A DNA stretch of 64,000 nucleotides. Origin: Patescibacteria group bacterium (lineage in GTDB: Bacteria; Patescibacteriota; Microgenomatia; UBA10105; UBA927). A program made the translations under genes and the position numbers. Where the stretch lies: NCBI GenBank assembly GCA_018821245.1, contig JAHJMO010000009.1, positions 199 through 64,198 of the forward strand. Reading direction: 5' to 3'. The first letter of the stretch is position 1, and each line of letters begins with the position of its first letter. Shown here piece by piece: positions 31,271 through 40,492 of the stretch. A model generated the notes under the pieces. The model made no database searches. It was not told the origin of the DNA and saw nothing but the letters and a program-made list of their open reading frames with translations.

Positions 31271-32104
31271 TTATATCAATTCGCGCCAATTTGTCGTTAT
31301 AATAACAATAATTAAAACGATAATCGTTACCGCAAAAAATTCTATCAATGTACGCTTGTACATTCGATTAGCCAAATACTGTTGCGCCATCCCCAAGAGA
31401 CTGTAAGTAAATGTTGTCAGAAAAAGAGCCTGCAGGGTGCTTCTGACCGGCCAAAAAGAAAGTATCCATCCGACTTCCAAAATCGACAAGGTCAACGCTC
31501 CTGTAAGTTGCCACACTCGCCTGCTGATGTATGCTTCCAGATCTACGGACCAAAGCGATTGCAGAATAAGAACAGCACTACATAACGCCAGAAAACTCAT
31601 ATTAGTAAGTCCTGACAAACGGAATGCCAGAATGGTATGCGTTAACAGAAAAAACGTTATAAGAGTCAGAAGAAAGCCCACAGTGTGCGCTGCGCGAAGA
31701 AGTGCAATCGTACGGTTTGCCGACACGTTATAGATATTAAGCGTGAGAAGTAGTCCGTATATCGCAATAGCATATAAAGCGGCCACCGGCACACGAGTAA
31801 GCCAGCGGACGGGCAAGAGAAAATAGAAAGAAGAAACCGATCCTGTGAACAATACGGGTAGCGCCAGAAGCGTCACCCACTCTACCCCTTTAAGATCTTC
31901 CCGTAAAACAAGTGCTGCCACAAGCCATGCGGCTACCGACAAGCTCACCACCATCGGATACCGCCAGTCTATTGGTGCCAGCTGGGTCAATACAAGTCCA
32001 AGAGTGAGGATTGCAGTACCCAGCACAAATTCCTGCCTTTTGGTGAAGCCGAGGCTACTACGCTCCCGCCTTTTCCACCACTTCCTAAATGCGTGCCCAA
32101 ACAT
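31271..32104 (-). CDS. Conserved polytopic membrane protein, function unknown
   Basis: About 8-9 hydrophobic segments, LNIYNVSA.RTIALLRAA; start could also be 32152. Confidence 0.7.
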   Translation of the reverse strand: MFGHAFRKWWKRRERSSLGFTKRQEFVLGTAILTLGLVLTQLAPIDWRYPMVVSLSVAAWLVAALVLREDLKGVEWVTLLALPVLFTGSVSSFYFLLPVRWLTRVPVAALYAIAIYGLLLTLNIYNVSANRTIALLRAAHTVGFLLTLITFFLLTHTILAFRLSGLTNMSFLALCSAVLILQSLWSVDLEAYISRRVWQLTGALTLSILEVGWILSFWPVRSTLQALFLTTFTYSLLGMAQQYLANRMYKRTLIEFFAVTIIVLIIVIITTNWRELI

Positions 32105-32141
32105 ACGCACCCATCCCTGAAGAATATTATTGATCACTATG

Positions 32142-32861
32142 CTATGCTTCATTGGTATAAACACGCATTATATCATCCAGCGCTTCCATCTCCTTACATA
32201 AAGTCATGATTTTTTCATGCATATCATCAGTAACAGAGACAGTCGTGATCGATCTCATAATGATTTCCTGATTATCTACGGGCAGATGCACTGACTCAAA
32301 CTTTTTACTCATATCATGCAGGTTTTGTGGCAACGTGTATATCTCATACACGTCATCACGAACAAAAAAATCTTTCGCTCCTGCATCAAGAGCTACGGAT
32401 AATACATGGTCGTACGCTCCCGAATTCACAGGCACAGTTAATACTCCACAGCGCTCGAACAAATAGCTTACAGCGCCTGGTTGGGCAAGTGAACCTTGGT
32501 ACCGGTCAAATATGTTCTTCACCAATGCTACCGTACGCTGATTGTTGTCCGAAGCTGCCTCCACAATAACAGCCACGCCACCAGGACAATAACCTTCGTA
32601 CATGAGTGACCGAATGTTTTTATCACCCTCGCCTTTCCCTTTCGCAATCGCCCGCTCTATCGTATCTTTCGGCATGTTTACCGCACGTGCTTTCTCTATA
32701 GCAAGCCGTAGACGAAAATTATTATTAGGGTCAGTTGCTCCCCCACCCTCACGTACGGCTATCGTGATCGCGCGGCTTGCCTTGGTAAACGCCTGGCCCT
32801 TCACAACGTCCGTGACGGCTTTTTGATGTTTGACCTTTGACCATTTAGAATGACCGCTCAT
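32142..32861 (-). CDS. yebC: YebC/PmpR family protein
   Basis: MSGHSKWSKVKHQK, NMPKDTIERAI, YEGY.PGGVA, DN.QRT. Confidence 0.95.
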   Translation of the reverse strand: MSGHSKWSKVKHQKAVTDVVKGQAFTKASRAITIAVREGGGATDPNNNFRLRLAIEKARAVNMPKDTIERAIAKGKGEGDKNIRSLMYEGYCPGGVAVIVEAASDNNQRTVALVKNIFDRYQGSLAQPGAVSYLFERCGVLTVPVNSGAYDHVLSVALDAGAKDFFVRDDVYEIYTLPQNLHDMSKKFESVHLPVDNQEIIMRSITTVSVTDDMHEKIMTLCKEMEALDDIMRVYTNEA

Positions 32862-32928
32862 AAATTAGTAGCTTCTCTATTTTACTTTCTCGCTTGACTT
32901 TTCTCAAGAAAACGATACACTGTTGCCC

Positions 32929-33675
32929 ATGTCGACTCGATCATCCTCCGGCGTCAGGCAAGAAAAAGCGCCAACGGCAGAATCAGCTATAGAAGCAGCT
33001 CTGAATCAGAATTGGAAAGAAGCAATACGCATAAACAACTCAATTCTGGAACACAATCCCCACAATATCGATGCGTTGAACCGTTTAGGATTTGCCCAAC
33101 TAAAGATGTATCAATTCACGTCGGCCAAACGTACGTTTCAAAAAATATTAAATATAGACGCATATAACCAAATTGCATTAAAAAACCTCAGAAAGCTCTC
33201 GACTCTGCGGAAAAAAAACGTCCGGAATACCGGCACAATACAGATTTCTGCGCACGCTTTTTTAGCAGAACCGGGAAAAACCAAAATTATCGAATGCATC
33301 AATGTGGCCCCCATACATATCCTCTCTTCTCTCTCACCCGGTCAGGAAGTATACCTCAAAGCCAAAAACCATGTCGTAGAAGTTCGTAATGACGAGGGGG
33401 TATATCTGGGAGCGCTTCCCGATGATATATCGTTTAAGCTCATTAAACTTATGACTGCCGGAAATACTTATCAGGCAATTATGAAGGGTGTTGCGAAAAA
33501 CGTTCTTATCATTGTTATTCGGGAAGTGTCGAGAGGCAAACGTTTTGCAAATCAACCCTCTTTTCTTACAACTGCCACATACATTCCTTTTGTACGTAAA
33601 CTTATCCCCGATGATGTCCCTAATACCGCCGCCACAGGAGAATCGGACGAAGCCATCGAAGATACAGCTAACTAA
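32929..33675 (+). CDS. TPR-containing conserved protein
   Basis: TPR helices (DALNRLGFA...), FLAEPGKTK, C-terminal beta domain; TTGACT-N16-TACACT-N7-ATG. Confidence 0.7.
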   Translation: MSTRSSSGVRQEKAPTAESAIEAALNQNWKEAIRINNSILEHNPHNIDALNRLGFAQLKMYQFTSAKRTFQKILNIDAYNQIALKNLRKLSTLRKKNVRNTGTIQISAHAFLAEPGKTKIIECINVAPIHILSSLSPGQEVYLKAKNHVVEVRNDEGVYLGALPDDISFKLIKLMTAGNTYQAIMKGVAKNVLIIVIREVSRGKRFANQPSFLTTATYIPFVRKLIPDDVPNTAATGESDEAIEDTAN

Positions 33676-34640
33676 TTCCCCTCATGAACGAAACGTTTGG
33701 CATAATCCATACCCAAGCGTAGTTCTAAATCTGCCCGAAGCATTCCGCGCGCGGATATCTTGCGGCAATGAAATATCGCGTCTATCATCTTAGCAGTTTC
33801 GCGATTTAACGCTTCGGACGATCCCTCAAGTTCACACTGCGACAGCCCTACAGGATTATTTCCTATCGACACAACAAACACTCCGAGTTTGGAAAGCATG
33901 CGCCCCACCCTGCTACCTAAACTTGATATGCTTGTAGTATTGTATATAGCGACGCTTTCAGCGTCTTTGCGGATTTTCTCGTTTTCAAACATATTTCCAA
34001 GCAATACATCAAGCCGTGAGAGGTCTACCGTTGGCATCGTTGTCCCGTCAGGCTGCTCCTTCATCGTTATCGCATTATCAGGCACAAGGACAATACGTTT
34101 ATATTGATTCCCTGCTACACCATTGAGCGCTACTTTTAATCGAACCATCCGTAAGAAAGGCATGTTAGTCCGGTAAGAGGAAGAAATATACCTGACAAGG
34201 CCCTGCAAAGAGAAGACATGGCTCACAAGAGCCTGCGGGTCTGAAACTGTCCATATATTATTCTCTTTTGACGGCCCAATGTACCATTGTACGGGAATGC
34301 CAAGAAGCTCCTGTATGCTTTCTGCCAAAATATCTCCGTCTTTTTTATCGATCGCTCCCAGTTTCCAGAGAGATTCAAGGGAATATTGCCCATATCCACT
34401 GACTGCTTCTATTTGAGTGTCAGCCGGCACAACAATAACCGCCGCCCTGCGCTGTTGACTGTCTATCGACACCACAACCACGGGGTCGTTTGCGATAACT
34501 ACGGTTGTTCTCCAAAGCGGCGATCGACGTGCTGTCCAAAAACAAAAGTATATAACGAGCAAAACGCCAAAAACCGCAAATATTCCCCATCTACCGTACC
34601 TTTTTTCAATCCGCTCGTATTTATGTGAATAGCGTTCCAT
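33672..34640 (-). CDS. LCP-like / LytR C-terminal domain membrane protein
   Basis: N-terminal TM; VAIYNTT...GSRVGRML...ADLELRLGMDY LytR_C pattern. Confidence 0.7.
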   Translation of the reverse strand: MERYSHKYERIEKRYGRWGIFAVFGVLLVIYFCFWTARRSPLWRTTVVIANDPVVVVSIDSQQRRAAVIVVPADTQIEAVSGYGQYSLESLWKLGAIDKKDGDILAESIQELLGIPVQWYIGPSKENNIWTVSDPQALVSHVFSLQGLVRYISSSYRTNMPFLRMVRLKVALNGVAGNQYKRIVLVPDNAITMKEQPDGTTMPTVDLSRLDVLLGNMFENEKIRKDAESVAIYNTTSISSLGSRVGRMLSKLGVFVVSIGNNPVGLSQCELEGSSEALNRETAKMIDAIFHCRKISARGMLRADLELRLGMDYAKRFVHEGN

Positions 34641-34786
34641 CACCAGTCCTTTTTGCCCTTCTTGATGATCGAAACCTGCGGCAGCTGCCAGGACGAAAGC
34701 GATGATTGCTTTTGCGCACGCCTCTCAAGATCCGACTTTTTCTTTTTCTTTTTGTCCCCTTTGTAAAATCCGCCAAATGATCCCAT
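34640..34786 (-). CDS. Small basic protein (48 aa) absent from the ORF track
   Basis: MGSFGGFYKGDKRKRKK...LPQVSIIKKGKKDW; SD AAAGGAG; TGATG overlap with the downstream gene. Confidence 0.65.
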   Translation of the reverse strand: MGSFGGFYKGDKKKKKKSDLERRAQKQSSLSSWQLPQVSIIKKGKKDW

Positions 34787-34874
34787 ATTTGACTTCTCCT
34801 TTCTTAAATTTATAGTATACGCATTTCTGCCAGAAACTGCATCTTTCCCAGAAGCGATGACCGGGGATAATGTA

Positions 34875-36275
34875 TCAGGAACTAGACCTAAGATAGGATA
34901 CAGGATTAATCAGGTCGATCCATTCAGCCAGGGTGATATCTAATTTAGGTAAAATGCCACCTGTCTTTAGACGTTCCAATAACATAAAGGGTCCAACATA
35001 TCTGATCTGTCTATTTGATAAAGTGCCGTTATGATATCTTAAGCTTGCCTCTCTTACGACTTGCCAAAATTCTGTTAAAAACCTTCTTTCCATGCCTGTA
35101 TCAGCACCGCAAATTAAACTGCGAAAAACATCAGTTGATTTTAATAACTGACCTAATTTCGTAAATCTTAGACTGCCTATCGCGTCGCTAATCAATAACC
35201 ATTTAAAAGGATCGACCGTTGCTCCTAACGTCTGTAGTGCGACAATTTCTGCTTCCCGCCGGGCAATCTCATTTATTTTTGTCGAATTGACATCACTCCA
35301 ATACCCGTCACCAAACGGTAAACAAAGATGTTTCTCAAGCGTATGCGGCGGCAATTGATTTGCGACAAAGTCTTCCAGCGATTTCCCCCTAAATTGATCA
35401 ATTACCCACCAAAGCGCCTGCAGCTCTAATCTTCCCGCTACAATAAATTTATTCGCGGCTGTCGCACCAGCGCCTAAAACTTTCAGATTCCGCTCCGATA
35501 ATACCTTTTGCGTGATCTGCAGTAAAACAATCTGCCATCGGTCTCCTGTTTTTACCAGTGGCGCAGTGGCTACTATATCAAACGACGTCATATACATGGA
35601 TAATCTTCCGTCAAAAGCCGCTGTTATCTCATCGGGAGCCTCGCCGATTTCCATTCTAAACATAATCTTTCTTTCTCTCCTGTCTTGCTTCGTAAATTCT
35701 AAGCAATAATATCTCCGTTTATCTTCCCCACCATTCCACTTTGCTAAATCAACATGTTTAATTTCTACATTCCACTTTCTTCTTTGTAATAAAGGAACAG
35801 CCCATTCTTTCCAAATGCTAAACATTGTCAATAAATCATCGTCTGTATAATCAGCTTTTTTTCGAACCATAATATCCAAATCCGGACCATGCGTTAGACC
35901 GGCAAAAACTTCCGCCAATAATTGCTTATTAACTCCCTCTTGATTATGGTCAGGCTCAAAGCATTGTGCCAATTGATAAACTTCTGGTATGCTCCAGTAA
36001 TCAGACGGTGCACGGCTCAAGCCATCATAGGGATTTAGAACAGTTCGGATTACCGAGCTGCCGCGTACAAATATCCCCGGATGCTCGAGATCTCCCTTTT
36101 CGCAGACCGGCTCAAGATAATCTAAAACCGTTGTAATAATCCGTGCCACTTGCCGGTCTTCAACGGCCGGGAAAAATTCCTGCAGCCACGCCTGGAAACT
36201 ACGTTTTGTTTCTCTGAATTCTGTTTCCAGTATTCCTGCCGTTCGATCCCTACTTGTTTCTAATCTTCCAGTCAT
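34875..36275 (-). CDS. Hypothetical protein, possible divergent nucleotidyltransferase
   Basis: 466-aa ORF; IFVRGSSV...PDLDIMV resembles the hG[GS]...DhDh motif with a long insert. Confidence 0.55.
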   Translation of the reverse strand: MTGRLETSRDRTAGILETEFRETKRSFQAWLQEFFPAVEDRQVARIITTVLDYLEPVCEKGDLEHPGIFVRGSSVIRTVLNPYDGLSRAPSDYWSIPEVYQLAQCFEPDHNQEGVNKQLLAEVFAGLTHGPDLDIMVRKKADYTDDDLLTMFSIWKEWAVPLLQRRKWNVEIKHVDLAKWNGGEDKRRYYCLEFTKQDRRERKIMFRMEIGEAPDEITAAFDGRLSMYMTSFDIVATAPLVKTGDRWQIVLLQITQKVLSERNLKVLGAGATAANKFIVAGRLELQALWWVIDQFRGKSLEDFVANQLPPHTLEKHLCLPFGDGYWSDVNSTKINEIARREAEIVALQTLGATVDPFKWLLISDAIGSLRFTKLGQLLKSTDVFRSLICGADTGMERRFLTEFWQVVREASLRYHNGTLSNRQIRYVGPFMLLERLKTGGILPKLDITLAEWIDLINPVSYLRSSS

Positions 36276-36276
36276 A

Positions 36277-37437
36277 TTATTTATTTTGAAAAATATAACC
36301 TTTTCCTTTAATGGTTCTAATTGTGTTTTTATCAATACTTAACTGGAAAAGCTTTTTCCTCAACCTGCGCATCACCTGATCAATCGCCCAGTCAGAACCG
36401 TTTTCAGACCATTTGTCCTGCCACAATAACTCTCCGATTTGGTCTTTGGTGATAACTTCCCCTTTGTGCTGAAGAAAGTATGCAAGCAATTGATTTTCCC
36501 GCAAAGTCAATAAAGTATCTGCAGAGATGCCATTTATTACTATTTGTTGATTGGAGTTTAACTGTAAAGACACACTGTTAATAATTGACTTAACATAATC
36601 TTTTAGTATTGGTACGGTAATAATCAGCTTATGGCCAACTTTAAATAATAAATTAGTTCTTAATAGAAATAATATCTCCGGATCTTCATTAACCACAACC
36701 TCTTGCTGGTAAATTACTTTTCTAATAATTTCCTGCTCTTTCGTCGAAAAACCCTGCCAGATTGTTTGTAAACGAAACCGCATCGCTTCATGGTCGAAAC
36801 TTACCTTTCCGGTTTGGTGTAAATGCCTGACGGCTTCTGTAACCAGCCAAATATGTCCGCCGCATGAGTCCAGAATCGTTTCCCGTTCTTTTATTCGCAT
36901 CTGCCAATGGTATAAATTTTCTAAGTGACGAATATAATGTTCCATTTCGCTCCTTTTATATAATGTCAAATATTCAACATTTTGCACTATCGGCAGACAG
37001 TTTTGGGTAAAAGATTGGTATTCAGAGGCTAAAATGTTTTTTTCGAAAAACATAAGAAATGAAATTTTACGATACTGATTTAAAACCACTTGAGGAATAG
37101 TTGTTAAAAGCTGTGGGGCCGAAGCAATCAGCCATTCTGCGTCAATAATGATAATTATGTTCTGTAAGGCTGTCCGGTCAATTAACTGGTTTAAGTGATT
37201 GAAAAAGTCATTTGGTTCTTCTATCGCCATTGAACGGAAGGTTAAAGAAGTCACGCGGATCTTCTTGCGATTAAAAATATCTGCTTTTTCGGTCAAGAAC
37301 TGCGCAATCCGGTAATGACGGTCATAGGGGGCAAGCGATAAAATGCTTGCACATTCGTACCGTTTAATCACTGACAGCCAATTAGAAAACATACGGTCGG
37401 CAGTCTCCTGCGGTAACGGATTGCTGTAACGACTCAT
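36277..37437 (-). CDS. Degenerate STAND/AAA-like domain fused to an OmpR/PhoB-type winged helix
   Basis: C-terminal LTLRENQLL..F....GEVITKDQI...W...DWAIDQVMRRLRKKL...IRTIKGKGY; IIIIID and CGGH motifs; no intact Walker A. Confidence 0.8.
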   Translation of the reverse strand: MSRYSNPLPQETADRMFSNWLSVIKRYECASILSLAPYDRHYRIAQFLTEKADIFNRKKIRVTSLTFRSMAIEEPNDFFNHLNQLIDRTALQNIIIIIDAEWLIASAPQLLTTIPQVVLNQYRKISFLMFFEKNILASEYQSFTQNCLPIVQNVEYLTLYKRSEMEHYIRHLENLYHWQMRIKERETILDSCGGHIWLVTEAVRHLHQTGKVSFDHEAMRFRLQTIWQGFSTKEQEIIRKVIYQQEVVVNEDPEILFLLRTNLLFKVGHKLIITVPILKDYVKSIINSVSLQLNSNQQIVINGISADTLLTLRENQLLAYFLQHKGEVITKDQIGELLWQDKWSENGSDWAIDQVMRRLRKKLFQLSIDKNTIRTIKGKGYIFQNK

Positions 37438-37446
37438 AGGCCTCGG

Positions 37447-37525
37447 ATTATAGCACCGAAATGTCAATCTGACAAATATATGTCAGGATACGCGTCAAGC
37501 AGGAAAGTTTGCCTTATCTTATGCT
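37447..37525. promoter_or_regulatory. Divergent promoter pair with TGACA/TGTCA boxes
   Basis: Minus strand: TTGTCA-N17-(TGc)TATAAT; palindrome CTGACA-N6-TGTCAG (37469-37486); plus strand: TATGCT-N7-ATG. Confidence 0.6.
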
Positions 37526-37532
37526 AGCCGTT

Positions 37533-37850
37533 ATGAATTTAGAAGCGTGTAATTGTACACAATGCGGAGGCCCGCTCTCGTCACCAAGTTCATGTGATTG
37601 GTGTCATACACAATTTACGTTTGAACAAACAGTGAATACCGAAGAAAATCTTGTTAAACAAAAAATGAGGGTTTGGATGGGAGAAGGTAGTTTTGCGGCC
37701 GCACTGCAATATTCCGGTGAAACTGGCAGAAATAAACCTACACTTATCTGTGCCTATCGGGGCGATGGTCCTGAAATTACAATACGTTCTGAAGGAATCG
37801 CACCTTTCGAAACAGTAAAACGACTAACAGAAGATGGCAGAATCTTGTAA
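37533..37850 (+). CDS. Small Zn-ribbon protein
   Basis: CTQCGGPL....CDWC at the N-terminus. Confidence 0.6.
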   Translation: MNLEACNCTQCGGPLSSPSSCDWCHTQFTFEQTVNTEENLVKQKMRVWMGEGSFAAALQYSGETGRNKPTLICAYRGDGPEITIRSEGIAPFETVKRLTEDGRIL

Positions 37851-37926
37851 TTAAATGAAGCTCTTGCCTGCGGACAGCGTCCGGCGGCAAAAGAAAGGCT
37901 CGGACAATAGCTTTTTTCAATCACAT

Positions 37927-38322
37927 ATGCCACCAAATGCCAAAGTCATTATTTTTGACGATGACGAACATCTTCGAAATACTGTCAAAGAAGTTTTAAA
38001 TTCTTCTAGCCATCAAGTTATTGGTGAGGCAGGCAGCATCGAAGAATTAGAAATACTTCTGGCACAATTAGATGTCTCACCTACCGTGTTTCTTCTTGAT
38101 AATCAAGCGCCCTGGCGTCCTGGAGAATCTTCTGATTATAAAGGTGTCGGGCATGCCGCAAGAAATAGAGTCAAAGATCGTTTTGGTGATCAATCAATTA
38201 TCGTTGCTTTTACTAGTTCAAAGGATACTAATTATGGTGATGTTAACTTTGATCCCAGCGAACAAAGCTTAAGGAAAAATTTATCGGAATTTATCACTTC
38301 ACTCCGACACAAAGAATCGTAA
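37927..38322 (+). CDS. Single-domain response regulator receiver (atypical)
   Basis: VIIFDDD, FLLDN, AFTS; conserved Lys not evident. Confidence 0.75.
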   Translation: MPPNAKVIIFDDDEHLRNTVKEVLNSSSHQVIGEAGSIEELEILLAQLDVSPTVFLLDNQAPWRPGESSDYKGVGHAARNRVKDRFGDQSIIVAFTSSKDTNYGDVNFDPSEQSLRKNLSEFITSLRHKES

Positions 38323-38328
38323 ACAATT

Positions 38329-38730
38329 ATGGCACACAATAAAGAAATCCGTATTGCCATCGTCGATGATAATCTCCATGCCGCGGAGACACTCGAATAT
38401 GTCTTAAAAAAACGTGGCGTGGCAACTCAGGTATTTCCCTCCTGCGAAAAACTTCTCGAATCTCATCCAGAGTATGACGCGTACATCACGGACACAGACC
38501 TAGGGCATGACATGAATGGATTTGATTGCGCAAAGGAAATTCGAGCCCGTGATCCGAATGCAGTCATCGTGGGCATATCGCTGATATCTGAAAGTGAAGG
38601 CGACGTGGCTAAAAAGGAAAGTGAGCTTCGCGAGATCTACCGGCGATTAGGCGCTGATGACTTTGTCAATCGAACAGATGGCTCTGGGGTGATCGCAGCA
38701 CGCGTTCTGGAATTGCTCGCTGGCAGATAG
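38329..38730 (+). CDS. Single-domain response regulator receiver (CheY-like)
   Basis: IAIVDDN, YITDTDL..MNGFD, GIS, GADDFV. Confidence 0.82.
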   Translation: MAHNKEIRIAIVDDNLHAAETLEYVLKKRGVATQVFPSCEKLLESHPEYDAYITDTDLGHDMNGFDCAKEIRARDPNAVIVGISLISESEGDVAKKESELREIYRRLGADDFVNRTDGSGVIAARVLELLAGR

Positions 38731-38752
38731 AACCCGCTTTGAGATCATAAGA

Positions 38753-40492
38753 CTATCCCAACCCATGTTCTATTTTTAATCGGGAGATTTTTCCCGCTAC
38801 ATCTTCCGGTGAAACGCCAAAATCCGTGAGCAATCGCTCGACTATCGAAATCGCCGCTACAAACTCCGGCTGGACGATCGTGGCCACACCCAAAGCCTTC
38901 AACCGCTTCTGATCCTCCTCGTGATGCGTACGGCAGATAATTTTTATACGGCGGTTGAGAGACTGTGCGTGTCCGATGACCAATTCCTGCGTATGGCGGT
39001 CGGGTATGGCGATGATGACAGCCCGGGCCAAATCGACTTGCGCCCAGTCCAAGACATCTTTGTCTGCAGGATCGCCGTAAACTACACGCACACCCTTCGA
39101 TTTGAGATCGGAAACGACGGTATGATTATATTCAACAACCACATAAGGCACGCCGGCCATCTCAAGAGACCGCCCGACATACTTCCCTACCCGACCGTAC
39201 CCGCATAATACTACGTGGTCGCTCATGTCTATGCCCTTTTTCATGTCGGCAAGCTCCTCTTTAGCGTGAAACAGTATAGGCCACCGTTTTCCAAGCGCCC
39301 GAAGGAACCAATAATAGAGTTCGTGCCCTGCAGTAAGAAGCGGCGCGGATGCAACAATCGTCACGAAGGTTAAGGCAACCAAAAATGTATATTCGTCGCC
39401 CGACAGCGCTCCTTTAGACAATCCTTCGCGCGCGATGATAAACCCGAATTCGCTCATCTGTGTCAATCCTACACCGACCAGAAAAGCGGTCTTCCTATGA
39501 AAACGAAGAAACCGCAATAACACGTAGACAATTCCAAATTTTCCAACCATCACAACTATCGCAAACAACAATAACTTCATCCATGCCTGCATTAAAAACG
39601 CCGCCGGCAACACCATACCAAGGGAGACGAAAAACACCACAACAAAAAGGTCACGAAGAGGCCGGATTTCCGCAAACATCGCGTGGTTCTGCGTCGTTTC
39701 TGCGATAAGAAGCCCTGCGATGAACGCTCCGATTGCTGCGGATAACCCAAGCGTATAAGTAAGAACGGATGATAAAAGAACAATTCCAACGGTAAAAAGT
39801 ACATAAATTTCGCGGCTCCCGAGACCGGCAATTTTGGCAAGCGCCTTGGTCATTATTCCCCTGCCCAAAAGAAGAATAACGGCAATGGCGCCGGCTGCTT
39901 TAACAAGACTTACAAAGACAAGAGAAGCTACCGTCACAATACTAGCCTCTTGTGAGTTGCCGATTGATGTGACTGCGGACAAAAGTATCATAATCGGAAC
40001 TACGGCCAAATCCTGCACCACAAGCCAACCGGTGGCTACTTCACCGGGCACTGTATCAAGTTCTCCGCGTTCAGAAAGTACTTTTATAACTACTGCTGTT
40101 GAAGAAAGGGAAGCTGCGGTGGCCAAAAACAAAGCCGGAACAAGCGAAAATCCCAAAAGCATCGAAAAGACGAAAAAAACGATGACAAATAACACAATCT
40201 GGGCAACCGCCGACCACGCAACGATCCCTAAAATCCGCCGAAGCCGGTGAAATGAAAACTCCAGGCCCAGGGTAAAAAGAAGAAGCGTCACACCGCCGTC
40301 GGCAATAAACTGCAACAGATCAAGCCGCGCAAGACGGGGAAAAAGATTGCCAAAGAGAATTCCGGCAACGATGTATCCTACAAGCATGGGCTGGCGCAGT
40401 TTTCTTGCAACAATTCCACCAGCTATTGCCGAGGCAAATACCAAAACAAGCGTCGTAACCAGTAGCGCGCTATTTGAGTCCATGGCGTTCAC
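38753..40492 (-). CDS. CPA2 cation:proton antiporter with TrkA-N domain (Kef/YbaL-like)
   Basis: LLFTLGLEFS, SSTAVV.K.L, VQDLAVVP, GAFIAG, SEFGF, CGYGRVG. Confidence 0.9.
   Translation of the reverse strand: MNAMDSNSALLVTTLVLVFASAIAGGIVARKLRQPMLVGYIVAGILFGNLFPRLARLDLLQFIADGGVTLLLFTLGLEFSFHRLRRILGIVAWSAVAQIVLFVIVFFVFSMLLGFSLVPALFLATAASLSSTAVVIKVLSERGELDTVPGEVATGWLVVQDLAVVPIMILLSAVTSIGNSQEASIVTVASLVFVSLVKAAGAIAVILLLGRGIMTKALAKIAGLGSREIYVLFTVGIVLLSSVLTYTLGLSAAIGAFIAGLLIAETTQNHAMFAEIRPLRDLFVVVFFVSLGMVLPAAFLMQAWMKLLLFAIVVMVGKFGIVYVLLRFLRFHRKTAFLVGVGLTQMSEFGFIIAREGLSKGALSGDEYTFLVALTFVTIVASAPLLTAGHELYYWFLRALGKRWPILFHAKEELADMKKGIDMSDHVVLCGYGRVGKYVGRSLEMAGVPYVVVEYNHTVVSDLKSKGVRVVYGDPADKDVLDWAQVDLARAVIIAIPDRHTQELVIGHAQSLNRRIKIICRTHHEEDQKRLKALGVATIVQPEFVAAISIVERLLTDFGVSPEDVAGKISRLKIEHGLG

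Noticed and set aside
34810-38752. AT-rich islet as a defined mobile element
   Set aside because: No terminal direct or inverted repeats and no mobility gene seen
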